Positions 63,999-64,000 of a stretch of DNA of 64,000 bases are shown one piece after another; position 1 is the first letter of the stretch, and every line of letters starts with the position of its first letter. Position numbers and translations under genes: made by a program. Location of the stretch: NCBI RefSeq assembly GCF_004010195.1, contig NC_057746.1, positions 13,413,058 to 13,477,057 on the forward strand, in the 5' to 3' direction. The notes beneath the pieces are model-generated. The model worked only from the letters and a program-made list of their open reading frames with translations. It did no database searches and had not been told where the DNA came from. This stretch comes from Chiloscyllium plagiosum (taxonomy: Eukaryota).

Positions 63999-64000
63999 GT

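Overview
Vertebrate genomic DNA, almost certainly from a shark (HE1-type V-SINEs, shark-type CR1 LINEs, shark-type MHC class II beta exons; family calls are from memory, no database search). Most of the window is nested transposon debris: several CR1 subfamilies, L2, RTE-like remnants, Penelope-like elements (PLEs), tRNA-derived SINEs, solo LTRs and DNA-transposon MITEs. There is a 495-N assembly gap at 29900-30394. The only clear host gene is an MHC class II beta gene fragment on the minus strand (beta1 exon 31650-31392, beta2 exon 27993-27714). Each exon is 2 nt short of an open frame, key peptide-anchoring residues are non-classical, and no leader or TM exon could be found. Other highlights: four distinct PLE terminal-repeat families carrying minimal hammerhead ribozyme cores; a 459-bp MITE with a 9-bp TSD; a 111-bp near-perfect inverted duplication; an old tandem duplication that preserves an empty LTR site; and a switch near 36 kb from CpG-depleted to CpG-undepleted, LTR-rich DNA. 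Almost all ORFs in the supplied track are retroelement fragments or their antisense shadows. Repeat boundaries are approximate.
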